Shown in pieces: positions 18,501-26,914 of a DNA stretch of 64,000 nucleotides (position 1 is its first letter; every line of letters begins with the position of its first letter). Position numbers and translations under genes: made by a program. Origin of the DNA: Candidatus Uhrbacteria bacterium (GTDB lineage: Bacteria > Patescibacteriota > Patescibacteriia > JACPHY01); assembly GCA_016188355.1 (NCBI GenBank), contig JACPHY010000001.1:38125-102124 (forward strand), written 5' to 3'. The notes below the pieces were generated by a model. The model did not search any database. It was given only the letters and a program-made list of their open reading frames with translations, and was not told the DNA's origin.

Positions 18501-20186
18501 CTCATCACGGCGACTGCGGCATTGTCCTCGGGCATGGTATTGGAATCCTCCACATGGTTCCGGGTGGATCGAACGCCGCCTGCTCCGCCGGCTGTGGATG
18601 AGTTGCGATTGCTCCGTCGGACGCCGGCAGCCGCATCGGATGCTCCCACGGCATTTGCGGTGACTCTAGCGTTACGCGGAACTCTTACGGAGGGAGAATT
18701 CGCAACGCTGGACGCGCTCCTCGTGACCGTGGCATCGGATCCGGTGACCTTCACCTTCACCCCATCCACGCGCAACTGGTCTTACGAGACGACCGTTCCC
18801 CTGGAACCGGGATCGCACAGCGTGCGTGTTGCTGCACGGGATCGCGCGGGCAATGTATCGCCCTTACCGCAGGCGCTCACTTTTGATGTGGCTCCCGCAC
18901 AATGCGGGAATGGTATCGATGACGACGGCGATGGAACGATCGATGCGCCGAATGATCCAGACTGTCGCGATGTCCGAGATGATAAAGAAGCATCAGATGC
19001 GATGTTGGTTCGCGCGGCATCCGCAGTTCGCGATTCCGTGGTGACGACTGCAGTCGTGGTGCAACAGACGACCATCGCGGCCGCAAAATCCACCGCTGAT
19101 ACCGCAGCGGCAGTAGCGGTCCTCGTGCAGGAGCGGGTGCTCGATAACCCGGTCGTGGAGGTGGTTACGGAGCGCGCGGTTGCACCGGTGACCACGGTGG
19201 CGGTCGTGGCCAATGCGGCGACGGCGGTGGAGGGATTCCAGCTCGTGAGCTATCTCCAGTACCTCATCAGCCTCGTACTGCAGCCCGGACGGTTGCTCGC
19301 GCGTCGCAAGCGAAAGGCGTGGGGGACCGTGTACGCAAGTCTCACGAAGCGGCCGGTCGACCTTGCGACGGTGCGCCTCGTGGATACGGTCGCCGGTCGG
19401 GTGGTGCAGACCGCGGTCACCGATCATTTAGGTCGATTCACCTTCCTCGTGCAGCGGCCGGGTACCTATCGATTGGAGATCCAGCATCCAAAATTTGCGT
19501 ACCCTTCCGCGCTCCTTCGGGGACGTCCTACCGATGGCGTATTCGCCGATTGTTATTACGGTGCTCCGATTGTTGTGGATACGCAGGGAGCATTTCTCGC
19601 GATGAACGTGCCCGTGGATGCGTACGAAGAAGAGCAAACGACCAAACGGGTGCTGCGCCGGCACTATCGAGAACTGGCGGGTGCGCTCATCGCCCAGGTG
19701 AGCCTCGTGTCCTCGTTGTTCGTGCTCGCGGTGTCCCCCAGCGTACTAACCGTTGTGCTTGCGCTCGTGAATGGTGGACTCTATTTCCTCTTCCGTCGGC
19801 TTGCACGTCGCCCCCGCCTGCCGCATTCCTGGGGAGCAGTACGTGACGCGGCGAAACGTCACCCTATCGGACGGGCCATCGTGCGATTGTTTGATCAAGA
19901 ATTCAATAAACTACTGGAAACTGCAGTAACCGATCGATACGGGCGCTACCAATTCCTCGTCGGCAAGAACGCGTATTACGTGGCTGCCGAGAAGACAGGG
20001 TATGTCGCGGCGCGGTCGTCGGTGGTGGATCTCACGAAGCAAGAGAGTGTGCTCGGGGTGGATTTCCAGTTGCAGCCGAGCGTTTTGGGTGCTGATGTGT
20101 CATCTGCGGAATTGAATCGTCACGTGTCACCATCCGTGCAGATTGCGTCGACAGGGGATACGTCCCATGGTACGCTCGCTTCATAA
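15525..20186 (+). CDS. Giant (~1550 aa) cell-surface protein. N-terminal signal/TM; multiple BNR/Asp-box (S-x-D-x-G-x-T-W) repeats; Ig/FN3-like domains; two CarboxypepD_reg-like domains separated by TM helices near the C-terminus. ORF open from 15213; ATG 15525 precedes the hydrophobic leader.
   Basis: Repeated STDAGASW, SGDGGATWT, STDGGTSWS, SVDGGANWS, STDRGLVWT. C-terminal GTYRLEIQHPKFAYPS and RYGRYQFLVGKNAYYVAAEKTGY motifs. Hydrophobic segments LVSSLFVLAVSPSVLTVVLALV. Confidence 0.7.
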   Translation: MLRTSSRGVAASFVGASFVLSAILIMVRLDAASRSFVASFATTATRDAVTTAVWDTEAREIRLPASGAAWSPYAGLAEQRVRAIAFSPAFASDRTMLVGVADGIYRSTDAGASWVRSATTANEVVDIALSPAFTGDGAAFAITNGDGLWRSGDGGATWTKVDADASGLGVAFSPAFAADRTVFVAAFTSIRKSTDGGTSWSPANIGIDSTALENGDIRGIAVSGSYATDATVYVSALGIGVYRSVDGGANWSPSNPSGVSVSYAAAIATNGGGTVAAAFLDGVYVSTDRGLVWTKRVDGDIFDIAFATDGSMLVASATQPMRVLVGTESAAPLGTGWPGTGSFSIAVAPTYPAPGSVIAGHASGAAVIRGAYATTAVAVSSVVDDVPRNILRATVTPTADQPAGTSVSYELSVADGEPAWEGPVTPGEVWTFRGSGSSLRWRATLQTTSDVVTPVLRGLTIAYTSEDSVAPPTIASGTPTTTTIRWSWGDRPADATGFVVHAGTHGSADERVIGTVNTREADYLVEEGLTPNTAFCDRHVHTRRNDELSDPSAAFPCVTTLVSVPLLTAAERTSNSVALRFPPEDAPVTYAIHEQISNQFVGADGKLANGVVWQRGVGWGSGVVPVLGLSPDTSYAFCLRARNRAGAMSTCAAPVSVTTIAAAPLGEIAVGAGTRASGGRVRMEIEVHSVGAGSAEDVVVRIPVSEGLRVVPDALRLQGNVLTDTRDGDVGDVDGAGSGGITFRLGTLSSGATRVMELSLTSVSPGAVTATVYPIVSYRPESGADIRTASLPAPLTISIAPPSTDVPPVMTPPGEAPPVSNGGAPAVMNPPAVGGGWGSVDAAGTFTILAPRDGTAVPVGPLSVTGTATPGSVLVIDVDDRRMATVTTDSEGRFSGAVGDGLPLGDHRIAAQLGNARSELHIAVVPSDDAIRITAPVSGTYINVAAVVVAGTAPPGITLQLTQDAAPLGSLTVDESGAFTFPIPAAPSEGPHLITATAALSSGMVLESSTWFRVDRTPPAPPAVDELRLLRRTPAAASDAPTAFAVTLALRGTLTEGEFATLDALLVTVASDPVTFTFTPSTRNWSYETTVPLEPGSHSVRVAARDRAGNVSPLPQALTFDVAPAQCGNGIDDDGDGTIDAPNDPDCRDVRDDKEASDAMLVRAASAVRDSVVTTAVVVQQTTIAAAKSTADTAAAVAVLVQERVLDNPVVEVVTERAVAPVTTVAVVANAATAVEGFQLVSYLQYLISLVLQPGRLLARRKRKAWGTVYASLTKRPVDLATVRLVDTVAGRVVQTAVTDHLGRFTFLVQRPGTYRLEIQHPKFAYPSALLRGRPTDGVFADCYYGAPIVVDTQGAFLAMNVPVDAYEEEQTTKRVLRRHYRELAGALIAQVSLVSSLFVLAVSPSVLTVVLALVNGGLYFLFRRLARRPRLPHSWGAVRDAAKRHPIGRAIVRLFDQEFNKLLETAVTDRYGRYQFLVGKNAYYVAAEKTGYVAARSSVVDLTKQESVLGVDFQLQPSVLGADVSSAELNRHVSPSVQIASTGDTSHGTLAS

Positions 20187-20236
20187 TTGTGTACCGGCAG
20201 AGGTGTGTCCGTCGCCTCGCCATGATGATTTGTTGT

Positions 20237-21325
20237 ATGACCCACCTTCGGAGCAGCTGGCTCCGTTCACTCGGCATTGGGGCGATGGCGGTGCTCGTGC
20301 TCGGGGGAGCGGGTTGTCGGAATCCATTTCAGGAAGATGCCACAGCGGTGTTGCAGGAGGGGTATACCCGTGCCGTGCAGGCAGAGCATTCGCGGTATGA
20401 GGCGCAGGGAACGGTGCAATTTGCCGCTGCTCTGGGCAATACCGATGCACCCATCCAAGAACTCTCGGTGCAATTTGATGCGCAGGGATCGGATAGTGGG
20501 CGCGGGGCCGCGGCAACGAGTACTGCCGCACAGCGTATTGCGATTACCGTAGATACGTCGGAAGCCATTGCGCGAGCGAACGTGCAATTGGATTCCCGAT
20601 GGGTGGAAGGAAAGACGTACCTCCGTTTGGGGGATATCACGGCAAAATTAGAGCCGAAAGCAGGCACCGATGCCGTATCTGCGCCAGAGGTGAAGGAGAT
20701 GCAGATGGGGACTGATGCAGCGTTGGGTGCGGTGAAGGGAATGTTGGGCGGAAAGTGGATCGCGATTGATTTGAATGCAATTGCCGGAATGGTTGCCGCA
20801 TTGGATCCGGAGATTGTTCCGCCGAAGCTGCCGACCGGTGCAGAGCTGGATGCGCTGGATGCGCGTCTTCGCGCTGCGTTGCAGGCAAATCCGCTGCTCG
20901 TGCTGCGCACGCGCGTCGGTACAGAAAAACTGGACGGCGTCCGGACGTACCACTACACGGTCGGTTTGAATCGTTCGTCCATTCTTCCGCTCATGGAAGC
21001 GGTTGCGGCCGATCTCCAGCTGACCGCATCCGATCTCGACGAGGCGCGCACGGCACTGGCGGATCCGAAGGTGATTGCGGCGCTAGATCAGATGGTTGGC
21101 GATATTTGGATCGCGAAGAAGAGCAAGGACGTGATGCGCATGCGTATCACGGTGGATTCCGAGCAATTTGCGGATGCCGAATTCAATAAAGAGGGGCGTT
21201 TGACGGGAACGATCGATATGCGATTCCGCGACTGGGGGAAGGCGGCACCGGTAGAAGCGCCTAAGGATGCGGTCCCCATCGAGGAACTGCTCGGAGGATT
21301 ATTGGGTGGCGCTGCGATGTTCTAG
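20237..21325 (+). CDS. Hypothetical secreted/lipoprotein (signal peptide with LGGAGC, possible lipobox). ORF open from 20189.
   Basis: MTHLRSSWLRSLGIGAMAVLVLGGAGC... followed by a soluble alpha/beta domain with no recognised motif. Confidence 0.5.
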   Translation: MTHLRSSWLRSLGIGAMAVLVLGGAGCRNPFQEDATAVLQEGYTRAVQAEHSRYEAQGTVQFAAALGNTDAPIQELSVQFDAQGSDSGRGAAATSTAAQRIAITVDTSEAIARANVQLDSRWVEGKTYLRLGDITAKLEPKAGTDAVSAPEVKEMQMGTDAALGAVKGMLGGKWIAIDLNAIAGMVAALDPEIVPPKLPTGAELDALDARLRAALQANPLLVLRTRVGTEKLDGVRTYHYTVGLNRSSILPLMEAVAADLQLTASDLDEARTALADPKVIAALDQMVGDIWIAKKSKDVMRMRITVDSEQFADAEFNKEGRLTGTIDMRFRDWGKAAPVEAPKDAVPIEELLGGLLGGAAMF

Positions 21326-21377
21326 GTGGAGTTCGTCTCCTCTGGATCATGGCGGTTGATGTGCCGCATGTATTCCT

Positions 21378-23135
21378 GTGACTGCGATGACGTGGCGAAC
21401 GGCACGACGTGCATCGGGGAGACGGGGGTCTTTGGACCCTCGTCTCCTGGTGTTGGCCGTGGGCTTGGGATTGGCGGGCGTCGTGATTGTGCTTCGGTTA
21501 TTCGTCATTCAGGTGCTCGATCGTTCTTGGTACCGCGGACTTGCGCTCGGCCAGCGAGAACTCGTCGAGCGTATTGCTCCCGAGCGCGGCATGATCGTGG
21601 TACAGGATCGCAGGAGTCCCGGAGGACAGTTTCCCATTGCGACGAATGAGCGAACGTACACGATTTACGCGGTACCAAAAGACATCCGAGATCCGCAGGG
21701 CGCGGCACGAACACTTGCGCCATTGCTCCACCTGCCAGAGGATACCCTCCGGGAGCGCCTCGCGAAGCCGGGAGATCCGTATGAGCCGCTGGTGCGTCGC
21801 GCCTCCATTGCAGAGCGTGACGCGATTGCCGCGTTGCGGATTCCGGGCGTCGCAGCGGAAGCCACGCTTTCGCGATTTTATCCCGATGGATCCGCTATGG
21901 CGCATCTGACGGGATTTGTGGGCGACGGTCCTCATGGGATTTCGGGGCGATATGGAATAGAAGCGGCGTACGATCAGGTCCTCTCCGGTACTCCCGGAGT
22001 GCTCGAATCCGAACGGGATCCCCTCGGGCGGTGGATCGTGTTTGGGCAGCGGAGCGGTACGCCGGCGATCCATGGAGCGACGGTGGCATTGACGATTGAG
22101 CGCGAATTGCAGCTTGAAGCATGTCGCCGCCTGGAAGCTGCGGTGACTGCAGCGGGAGGATCGGGGGGAACGATGGTCATCCTCCATCCCATGACCGGTG
22201 CCGTGCGGGCGTTGTGCAGCGTTCCTGCTTTTGATCCGAATCGGTATGGCGCGACGACCGATCTTGCACGGTTCCATGCACCTGCCGTGACGGGGGCGTA
22301 TGAACCGGGGTCCGTGTTTAAGCCGATGACCATGGCCGCGGCCATTGATGCGGGTGTCGTGCATCCGGACACCACGTTTACCGATACTGGTCGTGTGGTT
22401 ATTGGTCGTGCGGTGATCACGAACAGCAATAATCACATTTACGGGGAATCCACCATGGCCGATGTGCTGCGGTTTTCCATTAACACGGGAACGGTGTTCG
22501 TGGCGCGGAAAATAGGCATGGACCGTTTCCGGGCTGCAGTGGAACGCTTTGGGTTTGGCGCATTGACCGACATCGAGCTTCCCGGGGAATCTGCTGGCGA
22601 TACGAGTAATCTCGCCCGGCGGGAAGAAGTGTATTTGGCGACGAGTTCGTACGGACAGGGCATCACGGTGACGCCGTTGCAGCTCGCGGTGGCCTACGCG
22701 GCTATTGCGAACGGAGGGAATCTCATGCAACCACACGTGGTGGATGCGGTGATGCTGTCGGATGGGACGCGGCGGCGTGTGGAGCCCCGCGTCATCCGTC
22801 GGGTGATGAGCGCCCGGACCGCCACACTCCTCCAGGGAATGTTGGTGTCGGTGGTTCGAGATGGATATCCGAAGCGTGCGGGGGTGCGAGGATATCTTGT
22901 GGGGGGAAAGACCGGAACCGCGCAAATTCCTTTACCCGATCGCCCGGGGTATTCGGCGGATACGATCCATACGTTCGCCGGAATCGGTGCGGTAGATCAT
23001 CCGACCTTTGCGATGGTCGTGCGTATTGATCGACCGACCGTACAGCGGTTCGCAGATTCCACTGCTGCTCCCTTGTTTGGCGAAATGGCGAAATACTTGC
23101 TCGAGTACGACGGCATTCTCCCGAAAAAAAATTAG
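21378..23135 (+). CDS. ftsI: Penicillin-binding protein 2/3 family transpeptidase (FtsI-like)
   Basis: N-terminal TM anchor and dimerisation domain. Transpeptidase motifs STFKP-like (SVFKPM), SSN-like (SINTG), KTGT (KTGTAQ). Confidence 0.85.
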   Translation: MTAMTWRTARRASGRRGSLDPRLLVLAVGLGLAGVVIVLRLFVIQVLDRSWYRGLALGQRELVERIAPERGMIVVQDRRSPGGQFPIATNERTYTIYAVPKDIRDPQGAARTLAPLLHLPEDTLRERLAKPGDPYEPLVRRASIAERDAIAALRIPGVAAEATLSRFYPDGSAMAHLTGFVGDGPHGISGRYGIEAAYDQVLSGTPGVLESERDPLGRWIVFGQRSGTPAIHGATVALTIERELQLEACRRLEAAVTAAGGSGGTMVILHPMTGAVRALCSVPAFDPNRYGATTDLARFHAPAVTGAYEPGSVFKPMTMAAAIDAGVVHPDTTFTDTGRVVIGRAVITNSNNHIYGESTMADVLRFSINTGTVFVARKIGMDRFRAAVERFGFGALTDIELPGESAGDTSNLARREEVYLATSSYGQGITVTPLQLAVAYAAIANGGNLMQPHVVDAVMLSDGTRRRVEPRVIRRVMSARTATLLQGMLVSVVRDGYPKRAGVRGYLVGGKTGTAQIPLPDRPGYSADTIHTFAGIGAVDHPTFAMVVRIDRPTVQRFADSTAAPLFGEMAKYLLEYDGILPKKN

Positions 23136-23136
23136 T

Positions 23137-23709
23137 ATGTTGCGTGTGCTCGCGATTGCCGATCGGCCACCACGTCGGCCGATTGCGGAGATTCTTGCGG
23201 AACAATCGATTGATTGTATTGTGACGTTAGGCGATTTGGGTCTTGCGGAGTTGCGAGGATTGGGGGGCGTCACCGGTATTCCGAAGTGGGGAGTGTATGG
23301 GAATCACTGTTCGGGTACTTATTTTCCGGAACTCGGAATCTCCAATCTCCATTGCCGTACGGTTTCGCTGCACGGGGTGACCTTTGGCGGATTTGAGGGA
23401 TCGGTGCGGTACAAAGAGAGTCCATATAGTAAGATGTATACCCAGGAGGAAGCGGCATCGTTGTTGGCTGATTTCCCGCGGGTGGATGTGATGTGCGTGC
23501 ATTGTCCTCCGTACGGTATCAATGACGAGCCAGACGATCTCGCGCACCAGGGATTCCGTGCATTGCGCACCTACTGCGAACAGCAGCGGCCGCGGTATCT
23601 GTTGCACGGGCACACCTATCCCACGGAGCAGCAGCTCGTGCGTCGATATCAGGACACGGAAATAGTGTACGTTTTTAGTGACCGAGTGATTGAGTTGGAT
23701 TTGGCGTAG
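23137..23709 (+). CDS. Calcineurin-like metallophosphoesterase (YfcE/MJ0936-like). Start ATG overlaps the ftsI stop.
   Basis: Motifs LGDLG, GNHC, MCVHCPPYG, GHTY are consistent with the MPP superfamily. The longer ORF from 23008 is out-of-frame read-through of the ftsI 3' end. Confidence 0.65.
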   Translation: MLRVLAIADRPPRRPIAEILAEQSIDCIVTLGDLGLAELRGLGGVTGIPKWGVYGNHCSGTYFPELGISNLHCRTVSLHGVTFGGFEGSVRYKESPYSKMYTQEEAASLLADFPRVDVMCVHCPPYGINDEPDDLAHQGFRALRTYCEQQRPRYLLHGHTYPTEQQLVRRYQDTEIVYVFSDRVIELDLA

Positions 23710-23714
23710 GAGCT

Positions 23715-24992
23715 ATGCGACATCATTTTGAACAATGGGTTGCGCGACTTGCGCGGGGGGTGATTGCGCGGCAGCGGCCGCGTATTGTGGGTGTTACGGG
23801 CAGTGTGGGGAAGACGTCCACGAAGGAGGCGATTCGTGCGGTGCTCGCACGCACGGCGCGCATACGGAGTGCGCCGAAAAATTACAATAATGAGATTGGG
23901 CTTCCGGTGACAATCATCGGCGGCATGGCTCCTGGGCGCTCGCTGTCCGAATGGATCACCCTGCTCCTGCGGGGATGGTGGTATCGACTGTTCCGTAGCG
24001 CTACCTACCCCGAGGTGCTGGTGTTGGAATACGGTGCCGATCACCCCGGGGATCTTGCGCACCTGCTGCGCATTGCCCGGCCGCACATTGGCGTCGTCAC
24101 GGCAGTGGGTCCTGCGCACACCGAATTTTTTGGTACGCTAGATCGCGTGATTGCCGAAAAACGGCGACTCATTGAAGCGCTACCGCAGGATGGCGTGGCG
24201 ATTCTCAACGCGGATGATGCCAATGTTCTCGGCATGCGGGCGCATACCCGTGCGCGGGTGTGGACGTATGGATTTGCCGAATCCGCCGATGTGCGGGGGG
24301 CAGAATACCAGATTGCGTGGCAGGATCACATGCCGACGGGCATCGCCCTGAAGATCCTTGCGGAGGGAAGCGTCGTCCCCGTGCACCTTCGCGGATGCAT
24401 TGGCATGAGTCATGCGAGCGCGGCGCTTGCCGCAGCGACGGTGGGATTGGCATCACGTCAGCATCTCGTCGCGATTTCGCATGCGCTCGAGCAGTATGTG
24501 CCGCCGCCGAGTCGCATGGCGCTCTTGCCGGGCATTAAGCGGACGATATTGATCGATGATTCGTACAATGCCTCGCCGTTGGCTGTGACACACGCACTCG
24601 AAGTGGTTCGTGCAATGCGCACGACTGGTCGGCAATTTGTGGTATTGGGCGACATGCTCGAATTGGGCGCACATACCGATGCGGAGCATGCGCGCGTGGG
24701 CGAGCAGGTGGCGGAACTGCGTCCGGATTATTTTGTGGTTGTTGGTGAAGCGATGCGGATCGCGGCGGCGCGCGCGCAGGAATCCGGACTCCCCAAGGAT
24801 CGCGTGCTGACATTCCGTACCGCAGCAGAAGCGGGTCGGTACGTGCAAGATCTCCTTACCCCTGGGGATGTGGTGCTGGTGAAGGGGTCCCAGGGCGTCC
24901 GTATGGAGCGCGTGGTGGTCGAGCTGATGGCCGAGCCATTGCGGAAAGCGGAGCTCGTGTGCCGTCAGGATTCGGCGTGGGAGCAGCGTTGA
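23715..24992 (+). CDS. murF: UDP-N-acetylmuramoyl-tripeptide--D-alanyl-D-alanine ligase
   Basis: GVTGSVGKTSTKE P-loop. KNYNNEIGLPVTII (MurF-specific NxNNxIGxP). Mur ligase middle and C domains. Confidence 0.85.
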   Translation: MRHHFEQWVARLARGVIARQRPRIVGVTGSVGKTSTKEAIRAVLARTARIRSAPKNYNNEIGLPVTIIGGMAPGRSLSEWITLLLRGWWYRLFRSATYPEVLVLEYGADHPGDLAHLLRIARPHIGVVTAVGPAHTEFFGTLDRVIAEKRRLIEALPQDGVAILNADDANVLGMRAHTRARVWTYGFAESADVRGAEYQIAWQDHMPTGIALKILAEGSVVPVHLRGCIGMSHASAALAAATVGLASRQHLVAISHALEQYVPPPSRMALLPGIKRTILIDDSYNASPLAVTHALEVVRAMRTTGRQFVVLGDMLELGAHTDAEHARVGEQVAELRPDYFVVVGEAMRIAAARAQESGLPKDRVLTFRTAAEAGRYVQDLLTPGDVVLVKGSQGVRMERVVVELMAEPLRKAELVCRQDSAWEQR

Positions 24993-25046
24993 CGAGTACG
25001 GAATCGATTGGCACAGTAGGAGCGATGCGCGAGATGCGCATCGTGC

Positions 25047-25124
25047 GCCGCCATCGTCTAGCCCGGTCTAGGACGTCGCCCTCTCACGGCGAAAACACCG
25101 GTTCAAATCCGGTTGGCGGTACCA
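25047..25124 (+). tRNA. tRNA-Glu (anticodon CUC), CCA encoded
   Basis: GCCGCCATCGTCTAGCCCGGTCTAGGACGTCGCCCTCTCACGGCGAAAACACCGGTTCAAATCCGGTTGGCGGTACCA. Close match to the tRNA-Glu scaffold (TCGTCTAG...CCCTxTCACGGCG...GGTTCxAATCC). Anticodon loop CTCTCAC. Confidence 0.85.
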
Positions 25125-25231
25125 AAAGAGTATTTGACGACCAATACCACCCACGCGAGGGTGGTATTGGTTTTGTTGCACTAGAGCATCGCCAGTGTTA
25201 TTATGTTCCTGCTTTGCGAAAGGAGAGGGCA

Positions 25232-25534
25232 ATGGATCATGGCGAAGTGTTGAGCGACCCTACGGCGTACCTCACGTACGCGCGGAATGCGGATTGCAGT
25301 GATGCCCAGCAATTCCAGCGACTCGTACGGGATGGCATGGCGATTGCGGGTTGCGAGTCAAAAGTGCTGGCGCGCGAATTCGGAACTTCGCTGCCGACCG
25401 TGGCGCGGTGGAAGCAGGGTGTCACAGCGCCGGCGCGATTTTTGCGCCCGAAGATTGTGGCATTTCTCGTGCAGTTGGTGGAACGGCGGCTGGCGCAGAC
25501 GACGGACGGAGATCGTACGCCGCCCAAGGCATGA
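25232..25534 (+). CDS. XRE-family helix-turn-helix transcriptional regulator (~100 aa)
   Basis: Strong SD aggagagg 4 nt upstream of ATG. HTH segment LAREFGTSLPTVARWKQGVTAP is typical of Cro/C1-type HTH. Confidence 0.65.
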   Translation: MDHGEVLSDPTAYLTYARNADCSDAQQFQRLVRDGMAIAGCESKVLAREFGTSLPTVARWKQGVTAPARFLRPKIVAFLVQLVERRLAQTTDGDRTPPKA

Positions 25535-25570
25535 CCTGGGGCGGCGTTCCATGTTGTAATGGGAGACGTT

Positions 25571-26914
25571 ATGCCTGACATGGACCATTTTTTGGATTTG
25601 CCGTATCAAGAGCGCCGGTGGGCGAATCTGGTGCTCACGTTGCCTCAAGCAACGGTGCTTTCCGCTGCGTACACATTTGCACGTGATGCGCACGCCACGC
25701 AGACGCGGAAGGGGAGTCCTGCGCTTCCGTATATTATTCATCCGATGCGGGTGGCGCTGGCGCTCATCGAGGAGTACCGCATTGATGATGCGGCAGTGAT
25801 TGCTGCTGCATTACTTCATGATGTGGTGGAGGATTGTGGGGTCGCGGCGGAGGTGATTCGTCGGGAGTTTGGTGGGCGTGTGGGTGATTTGGTGGCGGAG
25901 CTCACCTGGCCACGGGATCGTATGGCGATGTGGGAGCGTGCAGTGGCCTTGCCGCGCGCGTCGCATGCCGTCCGCATGGTGAAGGCCGCCGATATCATCG
26001 ATAACCTGCGTGATCTCGGATGCACCGCATCGGTTCCTCGTCCGGCAGTATTGCGGAGCGTGTACGGATACGCGCGTTGGGGGCGTGCCTTGCTTACCAC
26101 ATTGGATGCCCGTGCGCAGGAGCAATTTACGGAGGCGCTCGCGGTGGTACGTCGAGTGCATGGTGGGGATGATGGTGCACTGCCGCTGCCGCCGAATCCA
26201 GAAAAAGAATGTCGCATCGTGCTTCCGGATGGGGTATCCGTCGATCGGTATCCGGTTCGGACGCACCTCGTTCGTCCCGCGGATGAGGTACTCGCGTTGG
26301 TGCGTCAGTATGCGATTGCGCATTGCCAATGGGGCGACCTCCTTGCCATTTCTGAGCGCGTCGTTGCTATTACCCAGGGCCGTGCGTATCCCCTTGCGGA
26401 GATCCATCCATCCTGGTGGGCGAATTTCCTTGTTCGGTTTGTCCACAAATCGAAATATGGGATCGGGCTGGGATCGCCATGGACCATGGAACTTGCCATT
26501 CGGGAGGCGGGTCTCCCGCGCATGTGCGTCGCTGCTTTCGCTGCGGCGATGACGAAGCCACTGGGCATTCGTGGCGTATTTTATCGGGTGGTGGGGAAGC
26601 ACATTAATGCAATCGATGGTCCCTGCGACTACACATTGCCGATCGCGGATTCCGATACAGCGGGCAAGCCGACACAGGGAAGCGGGTATGCCAAGCTCGG
26701 TCCCAAAGATCCGGATGGCGTGGCACAGCGCATCGCACGGGAAATTGGCGTGGATGTGGCGATCATTGATGCGAATGATCTCGGGGTGAATGTGCTCGGT
26801 GCATCCGATGGGGTGGATCGCGCATTCGTTGCAGCGGCATTTCGCGACAATCCCCTCGGGCAAACGAATGAGCAGACGCCCATGGCAATCGTGCGGCGCG
26901 CGACATCGGTATGA
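25571..26914 (+). CDS. Fusion protein: N-terminal HD-domain phosphohydrolase (RelA/SpoT-type HD_4) plus C-terminal CofE-like (F420-0:gamma-glutamyl ligase family, PF01996-like) domain. ORF open from 25559.
   Basis: HPMRVALALIEEYRIDDAAVIAAALLHDVVED (HD motif). C-terminal AISERVVAITQGRAYP..., DPDGVAQRIAREIGVDVAIIDANDLG resembles the CofE NAGID/DP...VAVIIxD regions. SD gggaga upstream of ATG 25571. Confidence 0.6.
   Translation: MPDMDHFLDLPYQERRWANLVLTLPQATVLSAAYTFARDAHATQTRKGSPALPYIIHPMRVALALIEEYRIDDAAVIAAALLHDVVEDCGVAAEVIRREFGGRVGDLVAELTWPRDRMAMWERAVALPRASHAVRMVKAADIIDNLRDLGCTASVPRPAVLRSVYGYARWGRALLTTLDARAQEQFTEALAVVRRVHGGDDGALPLPPNPEKECRIVLPDGVSVDRYPVRTHLVRPADEVLALVRQYAIAHCQWGDLLAISERVVAITQGRAYPLAEIHPSWWANFLVRFVHKSKYGIGLGSPWTMELAIREAGLPRMCVAAFAAAMTKPLGIRGVFYRVVGKHINAIDGPCDYTLPIADSDTAGKPTQGSGYAKLGPKDPDGVAQRIAREIGVDVAIIDANDLGVNVLGASDGVDRAFVAAAFRDNPLGQTNEQTPMAIVRRATSV

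Noticed and set aside
24959-25231. N-terminal 90 aa of ORF 24959-25534 as part of the XRE protein
   Set aside because: This portion overlaps the murF 3' end and the whole tRNA-Glu gene. A strong SD plus ATG at 25232 gives a standalone 100-aa HTH protein.
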